A stretch of DNA of 61,814 nt, filler included, from Sphingomonadaceae bacterium (GCA_050261575.1; 4 parts of 4 records of this genome joined end to end with filler, not necessarily neighbours in it), one strand, 5' to 3'; shown: positions 1 to 11,345, numbered from the whole stretch's first letter. Made by a program: numbers and translations. The notes: generated by a model not told the origin, from the letters alone.

Positions 1-120
1 ATCGACACCATACCCTTCACGCCGACGGTAGCCCGCTGGGTGAGGATGGAATCCACCGCGTGGAGCGATAGCAGCCTCCGCAACTGGCTGCGCGAGTTCC
101 GTGTCATGTCCGGTGGCTGA
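1..120 (+). CDS. 3' end of a protein truncated by the window edge; probable discoidin/F5-8 type C domain
   Basis: Frame 1 reads IDTIPFTPTVARWVRMESTAWSDSSLRNWLREFRVMSGG*; the F-x-P-x-x-AR-x-VR...W-x-x-E-x-x-V pattern is typical of discoidin C-termini. Confidence 0.55.
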   Translation: MDTIPFTPTVARWVRMESTAWSDSSLRNWLREFRVMSGG

Positions 121-251
121 GAGGGCGTGATGTCCATCGGGAACGCCCTCCTCCCGGTCGGAGCCGTGGGCGCTGCGCACGCTCGCGCCACGTGCCCTGC
201 GCCATCCAACGCGCGGAACCACCCACCCAAGGCAGCCGCGCCTCCCGAAAC

Positions 252-283
252 GGCGCCCCGATTCCCATGGGAATCGGGGCGCC
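252..283. terminator. GC-rich hairpin between convergent genes, likely rpoD terminator
   Basis: GGCGCCCCGATTCCC-AT-GGGAATCGGGGCGCC is a perfect 15-bp inverted repeat, with only a short T run on the minus strand. Confidence 0.6.
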
Positions 284-310
284 CTGTCACGTCTGGACCA
301 TCACCAACTA

Positions 311-378
311 AGCAGGGTCTCTAGATAGAGCACTCGTTTCCTGCCAGAGAAGTTGACATGAACTTGAGATACCTGGCT
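311..378 (-). repeat. 68-bp hairpin element, copy A
   Basis: Minus strand reads AGCCAGGTATCTCAAGTTCATGTCAACTTCTCTGGCAGGAAACGAGTGCTCTATCTAGAGACCCTGCT; abuts the rpoD stop codon. Confidence 0.85.
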
Positions 379-1979
379 CAGTCCAGGTAGTCCTTGAGCT
401 TCTTGCTGCGGCTCGGGTGGCGCAGCTTGCGCAACGCTTTCGCCTCGATCTGTCGAATCCGCTCGCGGGTGACCCCGAACTCCCGGCCCACTTCCTCCAG
501 GGTGCGCTGCCGCCCGTCGTCCAGCCCGAAGCGTAGCTGGAGCACCCGGCGCTCGCGGTGGGTCAGCGACCGCAGCACGTCGTCGACCTGCTCCTTGAGC
601 AACTGGTGGGATGCTGCCTCGGCGGGGGCCAGCGCCGAATGGTCCTCGATGAAGTCGCCCAGGTGGCTGTCCTCCTCCTCGCCGATCGGGGTTTCCAGCG
701 AGACCGGCTCCTGCGAAACCTTCATGATCTCACGAACCTTCTCGGCCGGAATCTCCATCTTGAGCCCGATCTCCTCCGAGGTGGGCTCCCGACCCAGGTC
801 CTGCAGCAGCCGGCGTGAGAGCCTGCTCAGCTTGTTGATGGTCTCCACCATGTGGACCGGTATCCGGATCGTGCGCGCTTGGTCCGCGATGGCTCGGGTG
901 ATCGCCTGCCGGATCCACCAAGTGGCGTAGGTGGAGAACTTGAAGCCCTTGCGAAACTCGAACTTCTCCACCGCGCGGATCAGACCGATGTTTCCCTCCT
1001 GGATCAGGTCCAGCAGCGACATCCCCCGGCCGATGTACTTCTTGGCAACACTCACGACCAACCGAAGGTTCGCCTCGGTGAGGCTGGCACGCGCCCTCTG
1101 GGCCTCGATCAGGATGTCGTTCAGCCTTTCGCTGCTGCTCTCGGGTCTGGAGGCGAAGTAGTCGGCACCGAAGGCCGGCGGGAAGGGAGAACCGCTGCGC
1201 ACCACCTGTTCTGCCACCTTCCCGAGCAGGTCACTGGGCATGATTCGGCAGAGGATCGATAGCTCCGTGATGGCTGCATCGGCGACGGCGGGCTCCACCT
1301 CCATCTTCTCGGCCACCTCCTGCAGCCTACTGGGGTCGAGGTCGGCCAGATTGCCCAGTCGCTGCAGGCTGTCCAGCAAGCCCGTCTCCGTTTGATCGGA
1401 TGGAAACACCATCTCCAGATAGGGGAAGTGCTGGACGAACCTGGCGTACATCCTCTCGAGGAGCACGACGGCCTCCGCTTCGGTGATCCCCCGGTCCACC
1501 TCCGGCGACTCCTCGGGTCGCGAGTCCTCCTGCGACTCCTCCTGTCGCAGCATCTCGCGACGCATCCGCTCCAGATAGGAGCCTTCTTCCATCTTGCGGG
1601 CCAGCCGCTTCTCGCCCTCCCAGCTCAGCAGGGGCACCGTGCCGATCTCTCGAAGGTACATGCGGACGTGGTCCTCGAGGCCCTCGTGCTCGTCGACCCG
1701 CACTGCGACCTCGACCTCCGACTCCGCCTCCATCTCGGTAAGCCAGGAGGGAGGGGGGCCCTCGACGTCGGCGATGGAGGAAGCGGTGGCCACCTTGATC
1801 CCGGCGTCGTCCAGCGCGGCTACCAGATCGTCTGCCATGCCCACGTCGTTCTCCGGGTTGGGCACCTTCTGAAGAATATCGTCGGGTGTGACGTAGCCCC
1901 GAGCTTGCCCCTTCGCCACCAGTTCAGAGTAGACGAGGGAGGATGACATTTCAGTATCCACCCTGGCGTCATCCGCCAT
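378..1979 (-). CDS. rpoD: Primary RNA polymerase sigma factor RpoD/SigA
   Basis: Region 1.1, region 1.2 (VRMYLREIG), region 2 ([39 protein letters not shown]) and region 4 (TLEEVG...[10 protein letters not shown]). Confidence 0.98.
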   Translation of the reverse strand: MADDARVDTEMSSSLVYSELVAKGQARGYVTPDDILQKVPNPENDVGMADDLVAALDDAGIKVATASSIADVEGPPPSWLTEMEAESEVEVAVRVDEHEGLEDHVRMYLREIGTVPLLSWEGEKRLARKMEEGSYLERMRREMLRQEESQEDSRPEESPEVDRGITEAEAVVLLERMYARFVQHFPYLEMVFPSDQTETGLLDSLQRLGNLADLDPSRLQEVAEKMEVEPAVADAAITELSILCRIMPSDLLGKVAEQVVRSGSPFPPAFGADYFASRPESSSERLNDILIEAQRARASLTEANLRLVVSVAKKYIGRGMSLLDLIQEGNIGLIRAVEKFEFRKGFKFSTYATWWIRQAITRAIADQARTIRIPVHMVETINKLSRLSRRLLQDLGREPTSEEIGLKMEIPAEKVREIMKVSQEPVSLETPIGEEEDSHLGDFIEDHSALAPAEAASHQLLKEQVDDVLRSLTHRERRVLQLRFGLDDGRQRTLEEVGREFGVTRERIRQIEAKALRKLRHPSRSKKLKDYLD

Positions 1980-3864
1980 GCCGAACCTCCTTGTGGATCG
2001 CCCGCAACGGTTTGAAGTCCCCCAGCAGCTTTAGTCTGTGGGATTCCGCGATGATCTCGTACTGCGCTTTCTCCAAGGCCGCAAACTCCGAGGGATCAGT
2101 GTCGGCCTCCTGCGAAGCCGAGACGGACTCTATCTGCTTTCTCCGTAGCTCCAGACTGGTCAACATCAGCGTTATCGCCGCAGCCTTGTAGTCCTCCCTT
2201 CGACGATCCTCCTCCTCAGTCGGCAGCCGCGAACCCATCTCCAGGAGCTGCTCCAGACTCTCCCGTAGCGGCCCCTCCAATTCACCCCGAAGCCGCCTGA
2301 TGAGACCGTCGGCGTCAAGGTCGCCCCTCTCTGCTCGCCACCACTCCCGGATCCTTCGGAAGATCTCTCGGTACCCGGGGTCGGCAAAGTGCCGCTCCCC
2401 AAGCTCGGGCTGGAGTTCTATCGACGATGGATCGCTCAGGATGAGTGCGAGGCAGTAGCCCTCGACGTCGGCCTCGGATCCAGTGCCTTCGCACTGCACC
2501 GGCGCTACCCTCTCCGTGGGTCGTCGCCGCGGCCGAGGTCTCACCTGCTGCAGCAGAATACCCTCATCGATCCCCACCATCGCAGCCAGCTTTTGCACGT
2601 AGTGCGCTTGCTGAACCGGCTCGGGGATCCGGCCGATCACTGACATCGCCTCCTCCACCGCCGCGGCCTTGCCCGGCGCCGAGGATAGGTCGTGCCTATG
2701 TCGGACCCTCTCCAGGAAGAAGTCCTCCACCGGAACCGCTTCCTGCACCAGCCGCCTCCACCTGGCGGGATCCTCCCGGATCACCTCGTCGGGATCGCGC
2801 CCATGGGGCAACGTGATGATCTTGATGGCGGTCTTCAGCTTGTAGACGTAGTCCACGAGGCCTTTCCACCCCGGAACCGGGGTGGCGCTGCGCTCGAGCG
2901 ACTCCATCGCCACCGTCAACCCACGCACCGTCGCTTCCTGCCCCGCCTCGTCCGGATCCAGGGCGAAGCACAACTCCGACGACCACGGCTTGAGCAGCGC
3001 GAGCTGCCGGTCGGTGATCGAGGTCCCTAGCGCCGCGACGACGTTCCGAAAGCCGTACTGGTGCGCAATGACCGCGTCGGCGTAGCCTTCCACGATGACC
3101 GCCTGGCCGGTCTGCCGGATCTCCCTTCTAGCCAGGTCGATCGCATACAGGCAGCTACCCTTGTCGAAGAGAGGAGTCTGCGGTGTGTTCAGATACTTCG
3201 GGTGACCTTCCGGCGAGAGTGCCCGCCCGCCGAACCCCACCAGCTTCCCGCTCGCATCCGCAATGGGGAACATCAGCCGGTTCCTGAAGCGGTCGTATAG
3301 CCCCCCAGACTCGTTCTCGCCAACTACCCCTGCCAGAAGCAGGTCCGATCTTCCAAAGCCTTGTTGCAGCAAGTGGTGGGCCAGCCCTGCTCCAGCATCT
3401 GGGGCAAACCCGATGCGAAAGAGCCGCACACCCTCTGGGGAGAAGCCGCGCCCCTGCAGGTAGTCCCTCACCCGCGATCCCGCCGGACTCTCGAGCATCG
3501 AAGCGAAGTAGGCTGCCGCGGCCCCGTTTATTGCGTACAGCTTCTCCAAGCCCTCGTCGGCTCGACTCTCCCGACGACCTGGCTGCAACTCCACCCCGGC
3601 CCGCGCTGCAAGGAGGGCGAGAGCCTCTCCGAACTGCACGTTCTCGCTGCGCATGACGAAGGTGAAGAGGTCTCCTCCGGCGCCGCACCCGAAGCAGTGC
3701 CAGGTACCGGTCTCGGGGAAGACTATGAAGGAGGGAGTCTTCTCGACGTGAAAGGGGCATAGCCCCTTGAGGCTCTTGCCGGCCTTCTTGAGCGTGACCT
3801 TCTCGGAGATGACGTCGACGACGTCCACACGCGCTCTTATCTGGTCGACAACCCCGCCCGCCAT
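1969..3864 (-). CDS. dnaG: DNA primase
   Basis: CHC2 zinc finger (CPFH..EKTPSF..CFGCG), KYLNTP, Toprim VEGY.D and DPD motifs; lies upstream of rpoD. Confidence 0.97.
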   Translation of the reverse strand: MAGGVVDQIRARVDVVDVISEKVTLKKAGKSLKGLCPFHVEKTPSFIVFPETGTWHCFGCGAGGDLFTFVMRSENVQFGEALALLAARAGVELQPGRRESRADEGLEKLYAINGAAAAYFASMLESPAGSRVRDYLQGRGFSPEGVRLFRIGFAPDAGAGLAHHLLQQGFGRSDLLLAGVVGENESGGLYDRFRNRLMFPIADASGKLVGFGGRALSPEGHPKYLNTPQTPLFDKGSCLYAIDLARREIRQTGQAVIVEGYADAVIAHQYGFRNVVAALGTSITDRQLALLKPWSSELCFALDPDEAGQEATVRGLTVAMESLERSATPVPGWKGLVDYVYKLKTAIKIITLPHGRDPDEVIREDPARWRRLVQEAVPVEDFFLERVRHRHDLSSAPGKAAAVEEAMSVIGRIPEPVQQAHYVQKLAAMVGIDEGILLQQVRPRPRRRPTERVAPVQCEGTGSEADVEGYCLALILSDPSSIELQPELGERHFADPGYREIFRRIREWWRAERGDLDADGLIRRLRGELEGPLRESLEQLLEMGSRLPTEEEDRRREDYKAAAITLMLTSLELRRKQIESVSASQEADTDPSEFAALEKAQYEIIAESHRLKLLGDFKPLRAIHKEVRHGG

Positions 3865-4037
3865 AACACTTACCGCCGTCCACGTGGGAGATGATCATGC
3901 CCCCGACGGGTCACCATCGAGGAAAGAAACGTTCGATCCGCAATCTAGTAACGTGGAACGCTGTTTCCGGGACTGCCAGGCGCCGCAGCTTCTCACCAGC
4001 CGCGACTTGCGCAACGTTCCGATTGGATCGGCCTCGG

Positions 4038-5093
4038 CTAGCCCTCGGGCACGAACAGCTCTCTGAAGGTGTGTAGCGCGTACCGATCCGTCATGCTGGC
4101 GATGTGGTCGCATATCAGCCGCTCCACCGACTCGTTCGCTCCACCGCCGAGGTCGGCGGGCAGTTCGGAGGGGTGAGCCAGGTAGTACTTGAACAGCTCC
4201 TGCACCAGATAGGTAGCCTTGGCTCCCTGCTCCTTGGCGAACCCGGAAAGGTACACGCGCTGGAAAAGGAACTCACGAAGAGAGTCAATACAGTTTAACA
4301 TAGCTAAGCTGGGCCGAATAACTGGCCCACCGTCGTCGGGCTGTTCCGGCAGCCGGCCCTCCGCGACCGACCAGCAGTTGGTGATGATGTCCACCACCAT
4401 CGCATTGATTCTCGCCCTGCCGGTGGATCCGAGTTCCTTCAGCAGCGACGAAGGCATATCCGCTTCTCGGATCACACCTGCCCGAACCGCGTCCTCCAGG
4501 TCGTGATTGACGTAGGCGATGCTGTCGGCCACCCGCACGATCTGCCCTTCCAGGGTACTCGCCACCCCACCCGCGTTGGCCGCGATGCTCTGCCTCACCT
4601 TGCTGTGCAACAAGATGCCCTCGCGGACCTCCCTCGTGAGGTTCAGCCCGCGACCCGATTTCTCGAGGGCGTCCACCACCCTCAGGCTCTGCTCGTTGTG
4701 CCGAAAGCCGCCAGGCATCAGCCCGTTCAGAGCCTCCTCCCCGGCGTGGCCGAAGGGCGTGTGCCCCAGGTCGTGCCCGAGGGCGATGGCCTCGGTCAGA
4801 TCCTCGTTCAGCCTCAGAGCCCGGGCGATCGTCCGGGCGATCTGCGACACCTCGAGGGTGTGGGTGAGCCTCGTGCGGTAATGGTCACCGGCCGGGGCGA
4901 CGAACACCTGAGTCTTGTGTTTCAGTCGCCTGAAAGCCTTGGAGTGGAGTATGCGATCCCTATCCCGCTGGAAGGAGAGGCGCCACGGGCACTCCTCCTC
5001 GGGCGTCTCCCTCCCCAAGCTGAGTCGGGATCGGGCCGCCAGAGGCGATAGTCTCTCCTCGTCCCTCTCCAGCCGCTCTCGTACTGTATCCAT
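4038..5093 (-). CDS. dgt: dGTP triphosphohydrolase-like HD protein
   Basis: FQRDRDRILHS, RTRLTHTLEV, GHDLGHTPFGHAGE. Confidence 0.95.
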   Translation of the reverse strand: MDTVRERLERDEERLSPLAARSRLSLGRETPEEECPWRLSFQRDRDRILHSKAFRRLKHKTQVFVAPAGDHYRTRLTHTLEVSQIARTIARALRLNEDLTEAIALGHDLGHTPFGHAGEEALNGLMPGGFRHNEQSLRVVDALEKSGRGLNLTREVREGILLHSKVRQSIAANAGGVASTLEGQIVRVADSIAYVNHDLEDAVRAGVIREADMPSSLLKELGSTGRARINAMVVDIITNCWSVAEGRLPEQPDDGGPVIRPSLAMLNCIDSLREFLFQRVYLSGFAKEQGAKATYLVQELFKYYLAHPSELPADLGGGANESVERLICDHIASMTDRYALHTFRELFVPEG

Positions 5094-5161
5094 GGGGCAA
5101 CAGGTGTGATGTGGTGGGGTGCGTGGGCGGGACGTGTCCCGCCCGCGCGCACTGCAAAACG

Positions 5162-7999
5162 CTACTTGTCCCTCTCGGCTTGGCCAATGGCCGCTTGGGC
5201 GGCGGCCAATCGGGCCACGGGCACGCGGAAGGGGGAGCAGCTCACGTAGTTCAGCCCTACCTGGTGGCAGAACTCGATCGAGCTGGGATCCCCGCCATGC
5301 TCGCCGCAGATACCCACTTCCAGGTCCGGCCTGGTGCCGCGGCCCAACTCGACGGCCATCTTGATCAGCTTGCCCACCCCATTCCGATCCAGGGTCTGGA
5401 ACGGGTTGACAGGCAGGATCTTCCGGTCCACGTACTGCAGAAGGAACTTGCCCTCGGCGTCGTCGCGGGAGAAGCCGAAGGTCGTCTGCGTCAGATCGTT
5501 CGTGCCGAAGCTGAAGAACTGCGCGTCCTTAGCGATCTCGTCCGCTGTCAGAGCCGCCCTCGGGATCTCGATCATGGTGCCGAACTTGTATTGGACCTCT
5601 ACCCCGGCATCCTTCATGACCTGCCGAGCCACCGGCTCCAGCATCTCCTTGGTCACGTGGAGTTCGTTGATGTGGCCGACCAGCGGGATCATGATCTCGG
5701 GCTTGACCTCGATACCCTCCTTCACCAGGTCGCAGGCGGCACCGATGATCGCCTTCACCTGCATCTCTACGATCTCGGGGTAGAGGATGCCGAGCCGGCA
5801 ACCGCGCAGGCCGAGCATCGGGTTTGCCTCTCGCATGGACTCCACGGCCTGCAGCAGCCGCTCCTTCTGGGCCAGCTCCTGGGGTCGGTCGCCCTTCAGA
5901 CGCAGTTCCGTAGTCTCGACCAGCAGAGTCTCGTGATCGGGGAGGAACTCGTGCAGGGGCGGGTCGATCAGCCGAATGATCACCGGCAGGCCGGCCATCG
6001 CTCGGAAGATGCCCACGAAGTCACCCTTCTGGATGGGCAGCAGCTCATCCAGGGCCGACTGGTAGGCCGAAATGGGGCCCGACGCCTCCTGCTCCAGTTG
6101 AGCGAGGCGAGCCTGCGCCGCTTCCTTCCGCTCGTTGGAGGCGGCGGCGACCTCCGCCCTCGCCTTCTCCAACTCGGCTTTGAAGCGGGCCGCGTCCGGC
6201 GCAGCCAGGATCATCCGCTGCACGATGGGCAGCCTATCGGTCTCCATGAACATGTGCTCTGTGCGGCACAGACCGATACCCTCGGCGCCGTACTCCCTGG
6301 CCTTGGTGGCATCGCGCGGGTAGTCGGCGTTGGCCCACACGCCCAAGCGGCGCCTCTCATCGGCCCAGTGGAGGATCTGATCGAGGTCCTTCAACTCTGA
6401 GAAGCTGGGCGCCCGAACCGGGATCTCGCCCACGAAAACCTCACCGGTGGCCCCGTCGATGGAGATGACGTCGCCCTCCTTGACCACCTTGCCGCCCGCG
6501 ACGAACTGGCGTCGCTCCTCGTCCACCACCACGCCCTCGGCACCTGAGACGCAGGGCTTGCCCATGCCTCGGGCAACCACCGCCGCGTGACTCGTGGCTC
6601 CACCCCGCGAGGTGAGAACCCCTTGTGCCGCGATCATGCCGTGGACGTCGTCCGGGGAGGTCTCGGTGCGAACCAGCACCACCTTCTGCCCCTCGTTTCC
6701 CCACTCCTCGGCCTTGTCCGGGTCGAACACGGCCCTCCCCACTGCAGCGCCGGGGGACGCGTTGAGGCCCTTTGTCAGCAACCGGCCCTCGCGCTCGGCG
6801 GCAGCCTTCGCCTCGGGATCGAAGTTGGGCAGGAGCAGTTGCACCACGTGGCCGGGCTCCACCCGCATGATCGCCTCTTCGGGGGTGATGATTCCCTCCT
6901 TGACCATGTCGACGGCGATCTTCACGGCCGCCTGCGCGGTCCTCTTGCCGGCACGTGTCTGCAGCATGTACAGCTTGCCGCGCTCGACGGTGAACTCCAT
7001 GTCCTGGACATCGCGGTAGTAGCGCTCGAGCCGCTCGGCAATGTCTCGGAATTGCTCCGCCACCTGCGGCAGCTCGTCGTGCAGCCGGCCGATCGGCTCG
7101 GGGGTTCGGATGCCGGCCACCACGTCCTCGCCCTGCGCGTTGATCAGGAACTCACCGTACAGCGTCTTCTCACCCGTCGACGGGTTCCGAGTGAAGGCCA
7201 CGCCGGTGCCTGAGTCATTGCCCATGTTCCCGAACACCATCGTCTGGACGTTGACGGCGGTGCCCAGGTCGTGTGGGATCTTGTTGTAGTTGCGGTAGTC
7301 GATTGCCCGCTTGCCCATCCATGAGGAGAAGACGGCCTCGATGGCCAAGCGCAACTGCTCGTACGGGTCGCTGGGGAAATCCCTGCCGGTGTTGGCCTTG
7401 AAGATCTCCTTGTACTCGGCCTCCAGTTGCTTGAGGGCGTCGGCGTTCAGGTCCGCGTCGGTCTTCGCTCCGTACCTCTTCTTGTACTCGTCGAGGACGT
7501 GCTCGAACTTGCTTCCCTCGATCCCCATGACGATCCGGCCGAACATGGAGATGAAGCGCCGATAGGCATCGTAGGCGAATCGCTCGTCGTTGGTGAGGGC
7601 AGCTAGCCCCCTGACGGTCTCGTCGTTCAGGCCGAGGTTGAGCACCGTGTCCATCATGCCGGGCATCGAGAACTTGGCTCCGGACCGAACGGACACCAGG
7701 AGGGGATTGGAGGCGTCGCCCAGCCGCTTCCCGGTCTTGCTCTCCACCACTCGGAGAGCCTGCAGGACCTGCTCCCACATACCCTCCGGGAAGCGCTTGT
7801 TTAGCCGATAGTACTCGTTGCAGGCCTCGGTAGTGATGGTGAAGCCCGGGGGCACCGGAAGCCCTGCCTTCGTCATGGAAGCCAGGCCAGCGCCTTTACC
7901 CCCGAGGAGGTCTCGCCAAGTGCCCTCGCCCTCCTCAAAGAGATACACCCACTTCTTTTCCGTGGATGCGCGCTTGCCAGCCGTCTGGGTCTGCGCCAT
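5162..7999 (-). CDS. ppdK: Pyruvate, phosphate dikinase
   Basis: LLGGKGA, LLVSVRSGA, TSHAAVVARG phospho-His motif, GIGLCRTEHMF, FSFGTNDLTQ, GICGEHGG; start placed at ATG 7999 behind a GGAGGAG SD. Confidence 0.97.
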   Translation of the reverse strand: MAQTQTAGKRASTEKKWVYLFEEGEGTWRDLLGGKGAGLASMTKAGLPVPPGFTITTEACNEYYRLNKRFPEGMWEQVLQALRVVESKTGKRLGDASNPLLVSVRSGAKFSMPGMMDTVLNLGLNDETVRGLAALTNDERFAYDAYRRFISMFGRIVMGIEGSKFEHVLDEYKKRYGAKTDADLNADALKQLEAEYKEIFKANTGRDFPSDPYEQLRLAIEAVFSSWMGKRAIDYRNYNKIPHDLGTAVNVQTMVFGNMGNDSGTGVAFTRNPSTGEKTLYGEFLINAQGEDVVAGIRTPEPIGRLHDELPQVAEQFRDIAERLERYYRDVQDMEFTVERGKLYMLQTRAGKRTAQAAVKIAVDMVKEGIITPEEAIMRVEPGHVVQLLLPNFDPEAKAAAEREGRLLTKGLNASPGAAVGRAVFDPDKAEEWGNEGQKVVLVRTETSPDDVHGMIAAQGVLTSRGGATSHAAVVARGMGKPCVSGAEGVVVDEERRQFVAGGKVVKEGDVISIDGATGEVFVGEIPVRAPSFSELKDLDQILHWADERRRLGVWANADYPRDATKAREYGAEGIGLCRTEHMFMETDRLPIVQRMILAAPDAARFKAELEKARAEVAAASNERKEAAQARLAQLEQEASGPISAYQSALDELLPIQKGDFVGIFRAMAGLPVIIRLIDPPLHEFLPDHETLLVETTELRLKGDRPQELAQKERLLQAVESMREANPMLGLRGCRLGILYPEIVEMQVKAIIGAACDLVKEGIEVKPEIMIPLVGHINELHVTKEMLEPVARQVMKDAGVEVQYKFGTMIEIPRAALTADEIAKDAQFFSFGTNDLTQTTFGFSRDDAEGKFLLQYVDRKILPVNPFQTLDRNGVGKLIKMAVELGRGTRPDLEVGICGEHGGDPSSIEFCHQVGLNYVSCSPFRVPVARLAAAQAAIGQAERDK

Positions 8000-8096
8000 A
8001 GAGTCTTCTCCTCCTTCCAGAGCTGCTACTGCGTGCGTCCATACCCGGATTCCAGTCTGCGCTGGGTGTCCCCTCCCAGCTCGGCCCACCCTGATC

Positions 8097-9407
8097 CTAT
8101 CGCGGCTCGAAAGCGTCGCGGAACCAACCGGGTAGTTCCTCTATCGGGACCCGCACCTGGGACATGGTGTCTCTGTCTCTGATCGTGACCGCCTGGTCCT
8201 CCAGGCTCTGGAAGTCCACGGTCACGCAGTAGGGGGTGCCGATCTCGTCCTGGCGACGGTAGCGCCGCCCTATGCTCTGAGTATCGTCGTAGGTCGTCAT
8301 CACGATCGGGCGAACCAGGCTTTGCGCCTTCTTCGCCAGCTCGACGAGATCCGGCTTCTTCGACAGCGGCAGGAAGGCTACCTTGAAAGGAGCAAGATCC
8401 TTGTGCAGTCGCAGGACAACACGCGTCCCCTCCTTGTCGGGCTCCTCGTCATAGGCGTCGATGAGGAAGGCCAGTGTTGCCCTATCTGCACCCGCGGACG
8501 GCTCGATAACGTACGGGAGGAACCGCTCGTGGGTCTGCTCGTCGAAGTAGGTGAGATCCTCTCCGCTGGCCTGCTGGTGCTGCCTGAGATCGAAGTCGGT
8601 GCGGTTCGCTATGCCCTCCAACTCGGCCCAGCCGAAGGGGAAGCGGTACTCGATGTCAACCGTCGCCTTTGCGTAGTGAGCCAGCTCCTCCCGGGCGTGC
8701 TCCCGAAGCTGGAGGTTCTCAGCCCGCATGCCGTATCGCTCGTACCACGCAAGCCGGTCCTTCACCCACTGCTGGTGCACCTCTTCATCTGTGCCGGGCC
8801 GAACGAAGTACTCGATTTCCATCTGCTCGAACTCGCGAGTCCGAAAGGTGAAGTTCCCCGGCGTGATCTCGTTGCGGAACGCCTTTCCCACCTGGGCGAT
8901 CCCAAATGGAAGTTTCCTGCGAGTGGTGGTCATGACGTTCTTGAAGTTTACGAAGATGCCCTGTGCGGTTTCCGGTCGAAGGTAGGCTATCGCGGCCTCC
9001 TCCTCGACGGGACCCACGAAGGTCTTGAACATCATGTTGAACTGTCGCGCCTCGGTGAGCTGGCCGCCGCAAGCGGGGCAGCGCTCCCCCCCGACGTGGT
9101 CGGCGCGGAAGCGAAGCTTGCACACGAGGCAGTCCACCAGCGGGTCGGTGAAGCTCTCCAGGTGGCCAGATGCCCTCCACACCTGCGGGGCCATGAGGAT
9201 GGCGGCATCGATCAGGGACATATCGTCCCTCTCCTGGACCACGCTCTTGATCCAGGCCGCCTTCACGTTGTTCTTCAGCAGGCTCCCAACGGGGCCGTAG
9301 TCCCAGGTGCTGCCGAAACCGCCATAGATCTCGCTGCTGGGGAAAATGAAGCCTCGTCTCTTGCAGAGAGAGACGATCGTATCCATATCTGGTGTGGGAC
9401 GACCCAA
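8097..9407 (-). CDS. glyQS: Glycyl-tRNA synthetase, alpha2 type
   Basis: [36 protein letters not shown] and [14 protein letters not shown] motifs; TTG start behind GAGGAGG. Confidence 0.96.
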   Translation of the reverse strand: MGRPTPDMDTIVSLCKRRGFIFPSSEIYGGFGSTWDYGPVGSLLKNNVKAAWIKSVVQERDDMSLIDAAILMAPQVWRASGHLESFTDPLVDCLVCKLRFRADHVGGERCPACGGQLTEARQFNMMFKTFVGPVEEEAAIAYLRPETAQGIFVNFKNVMTTTRRKLPFGIAQVGKAFRNEITPGNFTFRTREFEQMEIEYFVRPGTDEEVHQQWVKDRLAWYERYGMRAENLQLREHAREELAHYAKATVDIEYRFPFGWAELEGIANRTDFDLRQHQQASGEDLTYFDEQTHERFLPYVIEPSAGADRATLAFLIDAYDEEPDKEGTRVVLRLHKDLAPFKVAFLPLSKKPDLVELAKKAQSLVRPIVMTTYDDTQSIGRRYRRQDEIGTPYCVTVDFQSLEDQAVTIRDRDTMSQVRVPIEELPGWFRDAFEPR

Positions 9408-9420
9408 GACACCCTCCTCA

Positions 9421-9457
9421 GAAAAAAGACCTTCTCGCCCAACAGTGGGCGAGAGGC
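9421..9457 (-). terminator. Terminator-like hairpin in the glyQS leader
   Basis: Minus strand CCTCTCGCCCA-CTGT-TGGGCGAGAAGG followed by TCTTTTTT, just before the SD. Confidence 0.5.
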
Positions 9458-9473
9458 CCCCATCCTGTGAGAA

Positions 9474-9502
9474 ATGATATCCGACGGCCCCCCCAAAGTC
9501 AA
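9474..9502 (-). promoter_or_regulatory. Sigma70-type promoter for glyQS
   Basis: TTGACT-N17-TATCAT on the minus strand. Confidence 0.6.
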
Positions 9503-9558
9503 CGAAAGCCCGACCCGGCCGGAGTCTATGGGTGGTCATCCGGCAGGTTCAGCGCGAC

Positions 9559-9708
9559 TGTCGTCCTGAGCATTTCGTGGCCCTTGGGGGCCACCCGAAG
9601 CAACGAAAGGCGCCGCTGCCTGGCTGTCAGCCTGAGCCGCAGGCGAAGGATCTCCTCCTCGTCGGGCTGGCGGGGTCCGCCTTCGTAGGAGCGAAGCGAA
9701 GCGTCTCC
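9559..9708. repeat. Cluster of degenerate TGTCRKCCTGAGC...CGAAGGATCTC-type intergenic repeats
   Basis: TGTCGTCCTGAGC (9559), TGTCAGCCTGAGCCGCAGGCGAAGGATCTCC (9625), GAGCGAAGCGAAGCGTCTCC (9689). Confidence 0.45.
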
Positions 9709-9749
9709 GCGACTACCGTCCGCTCGGCTATCCGCCGCCTCGAGACCCT

Positions 9750-10466
9750 CTACCTGTCCCCGATCAAACCGAGTCTGCGCATTTCCTCCCATTCGTCGGG
9801 CCCCAGCAACTCAGGCCGGCGTCGCAGCGTTCGCAGCAGACTCTGCTCCCGCCGCCACCGCTCGACCCTCGCGTGGTCCCCCGACAGCAGGACCTCGGGC
9901 ACCGCCCACTCACGGAACTGGGCGGGTCTGGTGTAGTGCGGATACTCCAGAAGCCTACCAGAGAACGACTCCTCCAGCGTCGACTCACCCGCCCCCAGCA
10001 CGCCCGGGAGCAGCCTCACGATGGCGTCGCACACCACCATTGCGGCCAGCTCCCCGCCCGTCAGCACGTAGTCCCCGATGGACAGCTCGTCGTCGACTAG
10101 GTGCTCCCGCACCCGCTCATCCACTCCCTCGTAGTGGCCGCACAGCAGCACCAGGTGGGGCAGCTTGGCAAGCTCTTGGGCGATAGCCTGCCGAAACGGC
10201 CTTCCCTGAGGGCTCATGAGGATCACTCGTGCCTCCTCGCGCCGGAGCGACTCGACAGCCGCGAAGATGGGCTCGGGCTTCATCACCATGCCGGGTCCGC
10301 CGCCAAATGGGTAGTCGTCCACAACCTTGTGCCTCCCGGTGGCGAAGTCCCGAAGGTTGTGAACCCGGATTTGCAGCAATCCACGCTCCGCCGCCCGCGC
10401 GACGATGCTTTCGTCGAACGGACCACGGAACATTCCGGGGAAGAGGGTGATTATGTCGATCTCCAA
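9750..10466 (-). CDS. trmD: tRNA (guanine37-N1)-methyltransferase
   Basis: [46 protein letters not shown]. Confidence 0.97.
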   Translation of the reverse strand: MEIDIITLFPGMFRGPFDESIVARAAERGLLQIRVHNLRDFATGRHKVVDDYPFGGGPGMVMKPEPIFAAVESLRREEARVILMSPQGRPFRQAIAQELAKLPHLVLLCGHYEGVDERVREHLVDDELSIGDYVLTGGELAAMVVCDAIVRLLPGVLGAGESTLEESFSGRLLEYPHYTRPAQFREWAVPEVLLSGDHARVERWRREQSLLRTLRRRPELLGPDEWEEMRRLGLIGDR

Positions 10467-10475
10467 GCTGCCCCC

Positions 10476-11345
10476 CTACCCCCTTTCTCCTTCAACCGCT
10501 CTTCCAAAGAACCACTTTCTTTCCATCGCGTCCAGCCATCCACTCGCCCGCATCGACTCCAACTCTCGATCGATGGCGACGAATAGGCCCAAGTCCAATC
10601 TGCGAACGGCGATAAGGTACGGCTCCGATCGGAGAGGACCTCCCACCTGTCGCAGACCGGCCATCGCCGACGATCCGGGAGGCAGGTACGCCTTGTCGAC
10701 CACGACCGCATCGACGCTGTCCTCGGCCAGGGCGGCCAGCACCCGATCAAGGTCGCCCAGATGCACCAGCCCCATACCTGGTAGCCGTCTCCGCAACTCC
10801 TGCGCCGCCTCGTCAGCCAGGCTCCCCACCTCGACAGCCACACGCTTGCCGGACAGGTCCTCGTGCCGCCGAATGTCCATCCGGTGGCCTCGAGTCAGTA
10901 CGACCGAGCCTGACTCGAAGTAGCTGGCCGCGTACTGCACCTGGCGGGCAACGTCGGGCGTGTAGGTCAACCCAGCAATGATAGCATCAATCCTCCGCGA
11001 CGACAGGGCATCCAGGAGGATGTCGCCGCCGTCCATGTTGACCACCTTCGTCTCGGTGGCAACTCGCCGCCCCAACTCCTCCGCCACATCCACCTCGAAG
11101 CCCACCAACCGCCCGGATGGATCCACCGAGGCAAATGGAGGGTAGCTCGCGTCGACCGCGACGGTCAGCCTTGGGACTGGGATGTCAGCCCCGGTCGCGC
11201 GGCTCACCTGTCCGCCGAGCCCCGGCACCCTCTGCAGAAGGGACAGTGTCTCTGCATCGTTGTACCCCCACCAGTTGCCTAGGGTGATGATAGCGGCCGA
11301 CAGGAGAAGCAACAGGGCCACGGGGATGGGCCAGGACTCTCTCAC
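10476..11345 (-). CDS. ABC transporter substrate-binding protein, family 3 (amino-acid type)
   Basis: N-terminal hydrophobic segment; DASYPPF, GFEVDVA and DLSGKRVAV motifs. Confidence 0.85.
   Translation of the reverse strand: MRESWPIPVALLLLLSAAIITLGNWWGYNDAETLSLLQRVPGLGGQVSRATGADIPVPRLTVAVDASYPPFASVDPSGRLVGFEVDVAEELGRRVATETKVVNMDGGDILLDALSSRRIDAIIAGLTYTPDVARQVQYAASYFESGSVVLTRGHRMDIRRHEDLSGKRVAVEVGSLADEAAQELRRRLPGMGLVHLGDLDRVLAALAEDSVDAVVVDKAYLPPGSSAMAGLRQVGGPLRSEPYLIAVRRLDLGLFVAIDRELESMRASGWLDAMERKWFFGRAVEGERG

Noticed and set aside
9500..9750. Possible T-box or 6S RNA between trmD and glyQS
   Set aside because: No recognisable consensus; the region is better explained by REP-like repeats and a promoter.
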